From Candidatus Kaiserbacteria bacterium RIFCSPHIGHO2_12_FULL_53_13 (GTDB taxonomy: Bacteria; Patescibacteriota; Minisyncoccia; Phycocordibacterales; UBA2100): a stretch of DNA of 47,826 nucleotides. Position numbers and translations under genes: made by a program. Of this stretch, positions 1 through 9,071 are shown one piece after another. The notes beneath the pieces were generated by a model. It worked only from the letters and a program-made list of their open reading frames with translations, made no database searches and had not been told where the DNA came from. Every line of letters starts with the position of its first letter. Positions within the stretch are counted from its first letter, which is position 1. Where the stretch lies: positions 1,788-49,613 of the forward strand of contig MFLP01000034.1 in the NCBI GenBank assembly GCA_001781555.1, read 5' to 3'.

Positions 1-31
1 GGGGCGGCGCGTGTTTTCGCACCTTCCGAAT

Positions 32-1264
32 CTATTTATCCGCGCGCGTCCGCATCTCTTCCGCGATCCGCTCGATGACATCCGCGACGGCAAGCGCCCC
101 GATCTTCCCGGCGCGCCCTTCGAGCGTCACCGTCTTCGCGTTCGCTTCTTCATCGCCCACGACCGCGAGGTAGGGGATTCTTTGCATCTTGCCGTTCCTT
201 ATGCGCTTGCCGAGCGTGTCTGCGGAATCGTCAAGAAGAACCCGGATATCCGCGCCTTTCAGCACATCGAACACCTCGCGCGCATAATCCGCGTGCTTTT
301 CCGAGACGGGGAGTATCTTCACCTGCGCCGGCGAGAGCCACACGGGGAGCGCCCCGTTCAAGTGTTCGAGTATGACCGATAGGAAGCGCTCGATAGAGCC
401 CATGATGGCCGCGTGGATCATCACGATACGCTCCTTCTCGCCCTTCTCGTTCACGCACGTGAGGTCGAAACGCTCCGGCATGTTCATGTCGAGCTGTATC
501 GTCGCCACTTGCCACTGCCGCCCCAAAGAATCGTTCGCCATGAAATCGAGCTTGGGGCCGTAGAATGCCGCTTCACCCGGACTTTCGACGACCTTCGCTT
601 TCTTCTCGCGCGCGATCTCGCGCAAAATGTCTTCCGCAGACGTCCAGCGCTTCTTGTCGCCGAGGTATTTCTCGGGTTCTTTCGGATCGTGGAATGAAAG
701 GCGTACCGAGAGGTCGAAGCCGAACGTGCCGTAGAACTCCTGGACGATGTCCCAGACTTTGAGGAACTCCTCCTTCACCTGCGCCTCGCGGCAGAACGTG
801 TGCGCATCGTCCTGCGTGATGGAGCGGACACGCGAGAGCCCGTTCAATTCTCCGCTCTGCTCGTCGCGGTAGACCATCGTCGTGTTGGTGTAGCGCTGAG
901 GCATCTCGCGGTAGCTCCAGGGCTTGCGCGCGTAGATCTGCGTGTGGTGCGGGCAGTTCATGGGCTTCATGGCGAACTCGTGGCCCTCGCGCGTCGTGAT
1001 GCGGAAGAGATCGTCTTTGAATTTGTCCCAGTGGCCGCTCGTCTCGTAGAGCTCTTTCTTCGTGATGTGCGGTATCTCGACTTTCTCGAAGCCGCGCGCC
1101 TTGCGCAATTCCCACACGAAATCGTCGAGCAGATTCCGGACGAGCGTGCCGCGCGGAGTCCAAAGGGGGAGACCGCTCCCGACCAGATCGGAGAAGACGA
1201 ACAGGTCGAGCTCGCGGCCGAGCTGCTTATGATCCGGGTTTTCCGACGAATGTGTTTCACTCAC
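32..1264 (-). CDS. thrS: Threonine--tRNA ligase, short form (catalytic + anticodon-binding domains)
   Basis: Motifs DHKQLGRELDLF, KPMNCPHH, GEAAFYGPKLDF, HAAIMGSIERF. Start is GTG 1264 at the end of the inserted element, or in-frame ATG 1321 inside it. Confidence 0.95.
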   Translation of the reverse strand: MSETHSSENPDHKQLGRELDLFVFSDLVGSGLPLWTPRGTLVRNLLDDFVWELRKARGFEKVEIPHITKKELYETSGHWDKFKDDLFRITTREGHEFAMKPMNCPHHTQIYARKPWSYREMPQRYTNTTMVYRDEQSGELNGLSRVRSITQDDAHTFCREAQVKEEFLKVWDIVQEFYGTFGFDLSVRLSFHDPKEPEKYLGDKKRWTSAEDILREIAREKKAKVVESPGEAAFYGPKLDFMANDSLGRQWQVATIQLDMNMPERFDLTCVNEKGEKERIVMIHAAIMGSIERFLSVILEHLNGALPVWLSPAQVKILPVSEKHADYAREVFDVLKGADIRVLLDDSADTLGKRIRNGKMQRIPYLAVVGDEEANAKTVTLEGRAGKIGALAVADVIERIAEEMRTRADK

Positions 1265-1376
1265 CCCGTTAGAAATAGGACGCGGACTATCAGGGTCGGT
1301 ATTTTTTGTTTTTTTGTCCATAGTCTAAAAGTTGCTGGAATATATTAATCCTGTAAGTCCGCTATTTCTAACGGGG
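1264..1376 (-). mobile_element. Start-codon-associated TIR element, copy 1 (113 bp) at thrS
   Basis: 15-bp perfect IR CCCCGTTAGAAATAG / CTATTTCTAACGGGG; flanking CTCA at 1260-1263 and 1377-1380 (TGAG on minus); upstream ATG at 1381. Confidence 0.85.
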
Positions 1377-1429
1377 CTCATAGTTCCCAATATTACAGTG
1401 CTTTCACGCGCTCAACAACAAAAGAGGGG

Positions 1430-1539
1430 CGCTCGGGGATATCGTGTCATTCGGGTCGCTGTCTGCACGTGCTCGCGCAGCGCTCACTCTCGGCCCGTCG
1501 GCCTGCGAGAGACCCTCATAACACGATATCCCACTCGCT
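1430..1539 (+). repeat. GCTCG-hairpin-TCGCT element, copy C
   Basis: Stem GGGATATCGTGT (1436-1447) / ACACGATATCCC (1521-1532); core GTCGCTGTCTG..GTGCTCGC.CAGCGCT shared with 14004-14116 and 23371-23488. Confidence 0.75.
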
Positions 1540-1602
1540 GTTTATTAATAAAGGATCGATAGACAAAAAGCCCACTTTCAAACCTATCGACAGAATCTCT
1601 TC

Positions 1603-4600
1603 CTACAAAGCTTTTACGCGTTCAATGACAAAACTCGCTTCCCCGTTCCTATCCGAGAATTTTCCTTTTGCCGCCAAGCACGTTCCGACTGAAAGCAAAG
1701 CGCCAGCTTCTTTGAGCACTCGCGGGAAAGCAACTATCTCTACGCCGTCGGAATAATCGGAAAGACGCGCAAAAAGCATCGGCTCTCCGTTTTTCGTCAG
1801 TATCGTCCGCGCGGTATCAAGAAATCCCGCTATGACCGTTTCCACTCCGCGGGGGAATTTTTCTTTTGCTTCTTTAATGGTGGTTTTCTGACGAGAAAGC
1901 TTTTCCCTGTATTTATCGAGCGGGTGTCCGGAAACATAAAGTCCAAGAAGCTCTTTCTCCCACAGAAGCCGCTGGTCTTGGGACGCAGGAGTTCCTTCAG
2001 GAACGTGCAATGTCGCCTTTGCGTGTGTGTCGGCTCCGAAGAGCGACCCCTGGTTTGTCGGGACGTTCACATGCTCGCGATGAAAGTGGAGAAGCACATC
2101 AATGTTGGAAAGCAGGCTCCCGCGTCCGCCAGCTGGCGGAGCGAGCTCGTCCAAGGCTCCGCACTTGATGAGAGATTCAAGGGATTTTTTATTCAGGTTC
2201 TTATCGGGTATACGCCGCAGAAAATCGGCGATATCAGAGAACATCCCGCTTGATTCTCGCGCAGCAATAATAGAATCGGCCACGCCAGTCCCGAAATTCT
2301 TTATAGAGTAGAGCCCGAAGCGTATCGTTGAATCATCAACGACGGTGAAATTACCCTGGCTCTCTTGGACAGATGGCGGGAGTATCTTAAGCCCCATGCG
2401 CGCACATTCGGCGACGACCTCTGCTATCTTTTCCACCTCTCCGGCATCTGCGGTGAGAATTGCGGCCATGTAATCTACGGGGAAATTCGCCTTCATGTAA
2501 GCCGTTTTGTATGAAAGATTTCCGTATGACGCCGCGTGCGCCTTTCCGAAACCGTATGCCGCGAAAGTCTCTATCTGTTCCCAAAGTTTCTGAACAAGCA
2601 CTTCCTTCATTCCGTGCTTGATGCACCCGCGTGTAAACCTTTCTTTTTGCGCGCGCATCTCAATAGGGATTTTCTTTCCCATCGCCTTTCGTAATTTATC
2701 AGCTTCGGTCCAGCTGTAACCGGCAAGCTTTATAGCGAGCATGAGTACATCGTCTTGATACACGATGATGCCGTAGGAATGTTCCAATATCGGCTCCATT
2801 CTGGGGTCCAGATATTTCACGAGGCGCGGGTTGTGCTTGCGTTCGATATAAGCGGGGATAAAGGCCATGGGCCCTGGACGATAAAGCGCCACCATTGCAT
2901 TGATGTCATGAATTCTCTCGGGCTTTAGGTCTACCAGATAGTTGGTGATGCCGCCGCCTGCGAGCTGGAACACGCCAAGGGTCTCTCCGCGGCTCAACAT
3001 CCCGAATGTCTTGGAGTCGTCGAGAGGGAGATGATCCAGGTCTATGTGGACGCCTAGCCGCGCTTCCACCCGGGCGACGGAATCTGCGAGGACGGAGAGG
3101 TTCGTGAGCCCCAAAAAGTCGAATTTCAAGAGGCCCGCTTCTTCCACTGCATACATGTCGTACTGGGTGATCTTCTTTCCGCCTTTCGGGTCGAATTGTA
3201 TGGGGACATATTCGGTGACGGGGGAAGGAGAAATGACAACGCCCGCCGCGTGTACCCCCACATGTCGCGCGTTGCCCTCTATCTTGCGCGCGAGGTCCAG
3301 ACACTCGCGCGCATCAGGGTCTCTCTTGTATAAGTCCGCAAGTTCCGGAACGCTCTCAAGCGAGCTGTCGATGTAGACGGGGAATCCCTGCTTGCCGAAC
3401 GGAATAAGTTTCGCGATAGTGTCGCCGACGCCGTACGGGTGCCCGAGAGCGCGCGCGACGTCGCGCACTGCCGCGCGCGCCATCATCGTACCGAAGGTCC
3501 CTATCTGCGCCACGTGGTCGTCGCCATATTTTTGCCGGACATAATCTATTAGCTGGTCTCGGCGATTGTCGGCGAGATCCATGTCGATATCAGGCGGCGA
3601 CGGGCGTTCCGGGTTCAGAAAGCGCTCGAAAGGAAGCTGGTATTCTATCGGGTTGACCGTCGTTATGCCGGAGAGATAGGAAACCAGAGAACCGGCGGCG
3701 GAACCACGCGTGTTCGTGAGGATGCCTTCTTTGCGCGCGTGCCGCAATAAGTCTGCGACGACGAGAAAGTAAGGCGAATATCCTTTGTCCGCGATAACAG
3801 ACAGCTCGTAATCTACGCGCTCCTTATTTTCTTTCGTTTCTTCTATGCCGCGTTCTTTAAATCCGGCATATGCGAGATCGTGAAGAACACTGTCGTGCGT
3901 TGCTCCATCCGGGACTGGGAATTCAGGGAAAACCCAGGTGCCGAGGTCCAGTTCCAGGTTGCATGCATCGGCGATTTTCGAAGCATTTTCGAGCGCTTCG
4001 GGTAGATCAACGAAACTATTTTCCGCATCCGCACGCGAGATGAATGAGAAATCGCCAGAACTTTCCGCGGAATCGCGGTTCAGGACGCCGCTTGTGCGTA
4101 TCTTGTCGACGAGTTCTCGCGCGAGTGCGTCCTCTTTTTTCATATAATACACCTCATGCGCGGCGACCAACGGGATGCGCAATTCGCGCGCGAGCTTTTC
4201 TATCTTATTCGCCAATGCTTCATGACCGGGAATTTCCGGGTGATGTGTTATCTCCGCATAGCATCCGCCGGCTGGCGGAGCGCCAAAAGTGCGCGCGTAC
4301 CACTCCGCTGATTCGCGCGCGCGTTCTCCAGCATTGTCGCGCAACGCGCGCGCATGCTCGCCGTCCAAAGAGGGAAGTATCGCGATTAGGCCTTCACGAT
4401 GCAGTTCCAAAAGCTCGCGGTCAACGCGCGGACGATGAAAGAATCCCTCAAGATGACTTTTTGAGACGAGCTGTATCAGATTGTGATAACCCGACTTATT
4501 CGAGGCGAGGAGTACAAGCCGGGAAGGACTATCGTCCACGCGATGCTCCTTATCATGCCTTGTGCGGGGCGCAACAAAGAAATCAACGCCTATTATCGGT

Positions 4601-4782
4601 TTTATCCCGCTTTTCCTGCAATTTTTGTAGAAATCTATCGCTCCATAGAGATTACCGTTATCGGTGAGAGCAAGAGCTTTCTGCCCGTCGACCGCGGCTC
4701 CCGCGACAAGGTCGGGAATTTTCGGCAGTGCTTCCAATAACGAGTAGTGTGAATGAGTATGCAAATGTACAAAATCTTTCAT
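1603..4782 (-). CDS. dnaE: DNA polymerase III alpha subunit
   Basis: N-terminal PHP (HLHTHSHYSLL), RGSAAGSLV, FERFLNPER, PDIDMD, KFDFLGL, C-terminal OB fold. Confidence 0.97.
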   Translation of the reverse strand: MKDFVHLHTHSHYSLLEALPKIPDLVAGAAVDGQKALALTDNGNLYGAIDFYKNCRKSGIKPIIGVDFFVAPRTRHDKEHRVDDSPSRLVLLASNKSGYHNLIQLVSKSHLEGFFHRPRVDRELLELHREGLIAILPSLDGEHARALRDNAGERARESAEWYARTFGAPPAGGCYAEITHHPEIPGHEALANKIEKLARELRIPLVAAHEVYYMKKEDALARELVDKIRTSGVLNRDSAESSGDFSFISRADAENSFVDLPEALENASKIADACNLELDLGTWVFPEFPVPDGATHDSVLHDLAYAGFKERGIEETKENKERVDYELSVIADKGYSPYFLVVADLLRHARKEGILTNTRGSAAGSLVSYLSGITTVNPIEYQLPFERFLNPERPSPPDIDMDLADNRRDQLIDYVRQKYGDDHVAQIGTFGTMMARAAVRDVARALGHPYGVGDTIAKLIPFGKQGFPVYIDSSLESVPELADLYKRDPDARECLDLARKIEGNARHVGVHAAGVVISPSPVTEYVPIQFDPKGGKKITQYDMYAVEEAGLLKFDFLGLTNLSVLADSVARVEARLGVHIDLDHLPLDDSKTFGMLSRGETLGVFQLAGGGITNYLVDLKPERIHDINAMVALYRPGPMAFIPAYIERKHNPRLVKYLDPRMEPILEHSYGIIVYQDDVLMLAIKLAGYSWTEADKLRKAMGKKIPIEMRAQKERFTRGCIKHGMKEVLVQKLWEQIETFAAYGFGKAHAASYGNLSYKTAYMKANFPVDYMAAILTADAGEVEKIAEVVAECARMGLKILPPSVQESQGNFTVVDDSTIRFGLYSIKNFGTGVADSIIAARESSGMFSDIADFLRRIPDKNLNKKSLESLIKCGALDELAPPAGGRGSLLSNIDVLLHFHREHVNVPTNQGSLFGADTHAKATLHVPEGTPASQDQRLLWEKELLGLYVSGHPLDKYREKLSRQKTTIKEAKEKFPRGVETVIAGFLDTARTILTKNGEPMLFARLSDYSDGVEIVAFPRVLKEAGALLSVGTCLAAKGKFSDRNGEASFVIERVKAL

Positions 4783-4957
4783 ACGGTAGAGCCATTATAC
4801 CCGGTTAGTAGAATTTCGGCTTGCCGAAGGCGAGAGCTGAAATTTCCCCATGTGGCTTCAAAGTTGATACTTCGTGGTCGACCTAGCCATATTCTGCGAC
4901 GGCAAAAAACATAAGCCGAAATTACACTACCGGGATAGCAGGGTTATAATAACGCTC

Positions 4958-5587
4958 ATGAGCTTAGGAAAATTTGTCATCGGCATTGATGAGGTCGGTC
5001 GCGGACCGCTCGCCGGGCCTATTTGCGTAGGCGCTGTCATCATGCCGGCCGCTCTTTCGCGGAAGGATTTCCGCGGGCTCAAGGATTCGAAAAAGTTAAG
5101 CGCAAAGCAGCGCGGAGAGTGGGCGGCGCGCGTCCGCGCGGACGCGCGCCTCAGCTTCGCGACCGCAATGGTCGGACCCCGCACAATAGATAAGATAGGC
5201 ATAGTTCATGCCGGGAATCTCGCGGTAGCTCGCGCACTCGGGCGTCTTGCCCGATTTTTCACGGATGTTTCCTTAGAGCACCATCAGGTTTTACTGGATG
5301 CCGGACTTCGCGCTCCTTATTCTTTCAAACATCAAAAAAGTCTCATTCGAGGAGATGAGACAGAGGTCTCTATCGCGCTTGCTTCCATCGTCGCGAAGGT
5401 AAAACGCGACGCGCACATGGAGCGTCTTGCCGCGCGCTATCCCGAGTATGGGTTCGAGCTGCACAAAGGATACGGCACCACTTTTCATATTCGCGCGATA
5501 CGGAGTTTCGGCCCATGCGAACTTCACCGAGAGAGTTTTTGCAGGGGGATTGCCCGTGGGTTGCACGCTCCCGGAAAATCCCTATAA
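4958..5587 (+). CDS. rnhB: Ribonuclease HII
   Basis: GIDEVGRGPLAGP, DSKKLS, ASIVAKVKRD, HKGYGT motifs; ATG 4958 lies just after TATAAT. Confidence 0.95.
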   Translation: MSLGKFVIGIDEVGRGPLAGPICVGAVIMPAALSRKDFRGLKDSKKLSAKQRGEWAARVRADARLSFATAMVGPRTIDKIGIVHAGNLAVARALGRLARFFTDVSLEHHQVLLDAGLRAPYSFKHQKSLIRGDETEVSIALASIVAKVKRDAHMERLAARYPEYGFELHKGYGTTFHIRAIRSFGPCELHRESFCRGIARGLHAPGKSL

Positions 5588-5594
5588 TTGAGCC

Positions 5595-5870
5595 ATGGTA
5601 GTACGAATGCGGGCGAATCGCTCCAAGACCGGAATGCGCCGAAGCCATGCGGCGATATCTGGAACACGTCTTTCAAAGTGTGAGTGCGGGAGCCTGCGGC
5701 TTGCTCATCGGGCATGCCCGGAGTGCGGAAAATATAACGGACGCGTAGCTGTTGATGTCGTGGCAAGGACCAAGCGCGAACAACGCCGCGAAAAGAGACG
5801 GACGACGGAAATGCGGGAATCAGGCAAAGATACGGGGAATAAAGAAAAAGAAACTGCCGCAAAAACCTAA
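5595..5870 (+). CDS. rpmF: 50S ribosomal protein L32 with charged C-terminal extension
   Basis: RRSH..CECG..HRACPECGKYNGR zinc-ribbon pattern; lies before nusB/rnc. Confidence 0.9.
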   Translation: MVVRMRANRSKTGMRRSHAAISGTRLSKCECGSLRLAHRACPECGKYNGRVAVDVVARTKREQRREKRRTTEMRESGKDTGNKEKETAAKT

Positions 5871-5910
5871 AGGATGGCACTGCCAGTTCTTTCCCTTGAT
5901 CTTTCGTACA

Positions 5911-6843
5911 ATGGCCAACAGACACCTAGCTCGCTCGGTCGTTCTTCAAGTCCTGTTCGAACGTGACTCTTTAGGGGGCGCAATGACGCCGGACGAGGTG
6001 CAATCGCGCCTTTCCGATTATGCAAAGGAATTCGGCGCGCGCGAAAGCGACATGCCGTTCATGAAGGAGCTTCTTCAGATGGTGATAGCTAAGCAAAAAG
6101 AGATAGATGGAGTAATAGAAGTGGCCGCGCCGGAGTGGCCGCTCGAAAAGATCGCCGCAGTTGACCGCAACATCCTCCGTCTCGGGCTCGCGGAGCTTTT
6201 GTATGCCGATAGAAGCCAGGTGCCGGAAAAAGTCGCGATAAACGAGGCGATAGAATTGGCGAAATCATTCGGAAGCGCCTCGTCAAGCAGGTTCGTGAAC
6301 GGTGTCCTCGGCGCCGTGTATGTTGAGTTGGGCGAACCTGGCAAAAATGACGGAGCGGCGCGGAAGAAGGGCGGGAGCAATTCCGGCAAGATGCCGACGG
6401 AGCATTTGGCAGGAGCTGTCGTGTATGCGCGCTCAAAAGGAGAGGTTTATCTCGCCTTCGTTCATGATATTTTCGGGCACTGGACCATCTCAAAAGGGAA
6501 AGTTGAAGAGAACGAAGATGTAAAGGCAGGCGCCATTCGCGAGATAAAAGAAGAAATGAATCTGGATATAGAGATAGTGGAGGAGCTCGGCGTGAATGAA
6601 TATGTGGCGAATGATCAGAAAGTCGACGGTGGCAAAAAACGCAAGCGCGTGACGTATTTTCTCGCCAAGTCGCCGTTCACGGAGCTTCGGCTTGGACCGA
6701 GCGGAGGGCTCGACGATGCGCAATGGTTCCCGCTTTCAGAAGTCGGTAATCTCAATTTTTATGACGACACTCTTAAAATAATCATTCCTGCCATCAACAT
6801 CCTTGCACAGAAGGATAAAAAACAGGCTTCAGGCAAAAAGTAA
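5911..6843 (+). CDS. nusB: NusB antitermination factor fused to a C-terminal NUDIX domain
   Basis: MANRHLAR.. VDRNILRLG, VAINEAIELAK, FVNGVLG, then Nudix box KGKVEENEDVKAGAIREIKEEMN. Confidence 0.9.
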   Translation: MANRHLARSVVLQVLFERDSLGGAMTPDEVQSRLSDYAKEFGARESDMPFMKELLQMVIAKQKEIDGVIEVAAPEWPLEKIAAVDRNILRLGLAELLYADRSQVPEKVAINEAIELAKSFGSASSSRFVNGVLGAVYVELGEPGKNDGAARKKGGSNSGKMPTEHLAGAVVYARSKGEVYLAFVHDIFGHWTISKGKVEENEDVKAGAIREIKEEMNLDIEIVEELGVNEYVANDQKVDGGKKRKRVTYFLAKSPFTELRLGPSGGLDDAQWFPLSEVGNLNFYDDTLKIIIPAINILAQKDKKQASGKK

Positions 6844-6849
6844 TAGGAA

Positions 6850-7542
6850 ATGCATATGGACTTCAAGACTTTTGAAACCAGGATAGGATATTCATTTAAG
6901 AACGGAAACCTGCTTGAGCAGGCATTCACCCACCGCTCGTATTTGAACGAGAATCGCGCACCGGGACGCGAACACAACGAGCGCCTGGAATTTTTGGGCG
7001 ACGCGGTGCTCGAGCTCGTCGTGACGGAATTCCTCTACGGCAAATACCCCGATAAGCCCGAAGGCGACCTGACCTCATATCGAGCGGCCTTGGTGAACAC
7101 CGTGAGCATTTCGGACGCGGCGACGAAGCTTGGGATGAATGAATATCTCTTGCTCTCTCGCGGCGAGGCGCGCGACACGGGGCGCGCCAGGGCGATAATA
7201 CTTGCGAATGCGTTCGAGGCGTTAATAGGCGCTCTGTATCTGGACGATGGATATGAGGAGGCAAAGAAATTCATTGCCGCGCAGCTCTTTCATAAGACCG
7301 ACGAGGTGGTCGCGAAGGGACTGTGGCAGGACTCGAAAAGCCGGTTCCAGGAAATTGCACAGGAGAAGGAGGGTATTACTCCGTCGTATGACGTTGTGAG
7401 CCAGACGGGTCCCGACCATGACAAAAACTTCTTGGTCGGCGTTTACATCGGCTCGACGCGCATTGCAACCGGAGAAGGGAGGTCAAAACAGGAGGCAGAG
7501 CAAAAGGCAGCGGAGAAAGCTCTTGCTACAAAGAGGTGGTAA
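6850..7542 (+). CDS. rnc: Ribonuclease III
   Basis: HNERLEFLGDAVL signature; C-terminal dsRBD (GPDHDK..G.GRSKQEAEQ). Confidence 0.97.
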   Translation: MHMDFKTFETRIGYSFKNGNLLEQAFTHRSYLNENRAPGREHNERLEFLGDAVLELVVTEFLYGKYPDKPEGDLTSYRAALVNTVSISDAATKLGMNEYLLLSRGEARDTGRARAIILANAFEALIGALYLDDGYEEAKKFIAAQLFHKTDEVVAKGLWQDSKSRFQEIAQEKEGITPSYDVVSQTGPDHDKNFLVGVYIGSTRIATGEGRSKQEAEQKAAEKALATKRW

Positions 7543-7551
7543 AGTGACGCC

Positions 7552-8877
7552 ATGGCACGATGCTGGACATGTGGTTCTTCGGTCGCATCCGCGATATACA
7601 AATGCTCCGCATGCGTGGGCGTTGCACAGTTGAAAGGGTTGGGCGACGATTTGGAGTCCATTAAAGACGATATTGAAAAGGGAATAACGATACTCGAGGA
7701 GCTAAATTCTAGTCTTGCATCTATCGGGTCCGTTCTCGAATGGGGATTTGGCGAGATAGCCTGGCGGCAAGAGCAACAAACGGATATCTTGCGCGGGATC
7801 GATGCCACCTTACGTACTCCGGGGGAAACACGTGCCAATGAATTGCGCCTTCAGGCGGAAGAATTGAGGCATCGAGGTTTGTATCCGGAGTCCGAAGAGC
7901 TTTTTCTCAAGGCGATTGATGAGTATCGCCTTGATTACCGCATGTACGTGGGCCTCGCCGAGACATATCTGCGCGTGAACGAATTCGACAAAGCACATAA
8001 TTTTCTTGAGCGCAGTTTGCCGCACGCCCCGAAGCGAGATATCGACTACAAAAGTCACTCGTATCGGCTCATCGGACACATCCACGCATCTCGTGAAGAT
8101 TATGAAAAAGCGTTTCAGGCACTCGTCGCGTCGATCACATTCTCTCCCGAATATGCCGAAGGTCTCTACGATTTTGCGCAGTACGGTTCTCTTTTGGATG
8201 ACGACACATTTGCGCGCGTCGCTTCTCCGACACTCTCCGCGTGGGGAGGCAACTGGGCACTTGGAGATCGTGACCTCGTTCTTCACCTGGCACTTCAGAA
8301 GGCTATACAAGCGCGGCCGGCATACTACTATCTCGCAGAGCACGAGCCGAATTTCGATGGAAGGAAAAAGATCCTGGAACTTACGCTCAAGGTTCTTCTC
8401 AGAAATGCGCGCGCCGGCGTGGAAAATTTCATCAGGCAAGCCGATTACATGCTTGAATTAACCGGACGTGTGAGCGCGGAGGCGGGTAACGCGGCGCGGC
8501 GCGCGAGATATAAAGATGTGCGGTCGCCCTTGATCTTCGCGGACGCGCAATTGCGATTGGATGATGCAAAACAAAAAGTCGCTTCGGGGGACTATAGCGC
8601 GACTTTGGCCGCGCGGCCGATTGCCGAGCAAGCTCTTCAGCTTCTCGGCGAGGCGAAAGAAAAAGCGGCGGAGGAATACCCGCGCTTCAAAGAAATATCA
8701 AGAGGACGCTTCAAAGGTACTATCGCAGCGCTCACTGTCTCTTTATTCGGCGGCTTTTTCGCATTTGTTATAGGAGGCGGTATCGGGAATTGGATTGCAG
8801 GAGACATGGGTTTTATTATCGGCGGGCTCATCGGCATTGGACTTGGCGTGCTCATTTTTTTCGAAAGGAGACCATAG
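7552..8877 (+). CDS. TPR-like protein with N-terminal CxxC..CxxC, coiled coil and C-terminal transmembrane hairpin
   Basis: CWTC/CSAC; TPR-like segments (YVGLAETYLRVNEFDKA, YRLIGHIHASREDYEKA); Gly-rich hydrophobic C-terminus. Confidence 0.6.
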   Translation: MARCWTCGSSVASAIYKCSACVGVAQLKGLGDDLESIKDDIEKGITILEELNSSLASIGSVLEWGFGEIAWRQEQQTDILRGIDATLRTPGETRANELRLQAEELRHRGLYPESEELFLKAIDEYRLDYRMYVGLAETYLRVNEFDKAHNFLERSLPHAPKRDIDYKSHSYRLIGHIHASREDYEKAFQALVASITFSPEYAEGLYDFAQYGSLLDDDTFARVASPTLSAWGGNWALGDRDLVLHLALQKAIQARPAYYYLAEHEPNFDGRKKILELTLKVLLRNARAGVENFIRQADYMLELTGRVSAEAGNAARRARYKDVRSPLIFADAQLRLDDAKQKVASGDYSATLAARPIAEQALQLLGEAKEKAAEEYPRFKEISRGRFKGTIAALTVSLFGGFFAFVIGGGIGNWIAGDMGFIIGGLIGIGLGVLIFFERRP

Positions 8878-8951
8878 GGAACATGGGGCATTTGCCGTAA
8901 GCATCTGATAGCACGTGGTGCTGCTTTTTTGGTAGAATGAACACCAATGTA

Positions 8952-9071
8952 TCCCGTTAGAAGTTTCGGAAGTTATGATAGCTGTGCAGTCGCGGCAAGT
9001 TTGCACACGGTCGATTGTTTAGTATACGTAGGTATCAAGTCGGAAGCGCAAGCTTCCTACTTCTAACGGGA
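8952..9071 (+). mobile_element. Start-codon-associated TIR element, copy 2 (120 bp) at smc
   Basis: TCCCGTTAGAAGT / ACTTCTAACGGGA; TGTA duplicated at 8948-8951 and 9072-9075; upstream ATG 8947, rebuilt ATG 9071. Confidence 0.88.
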
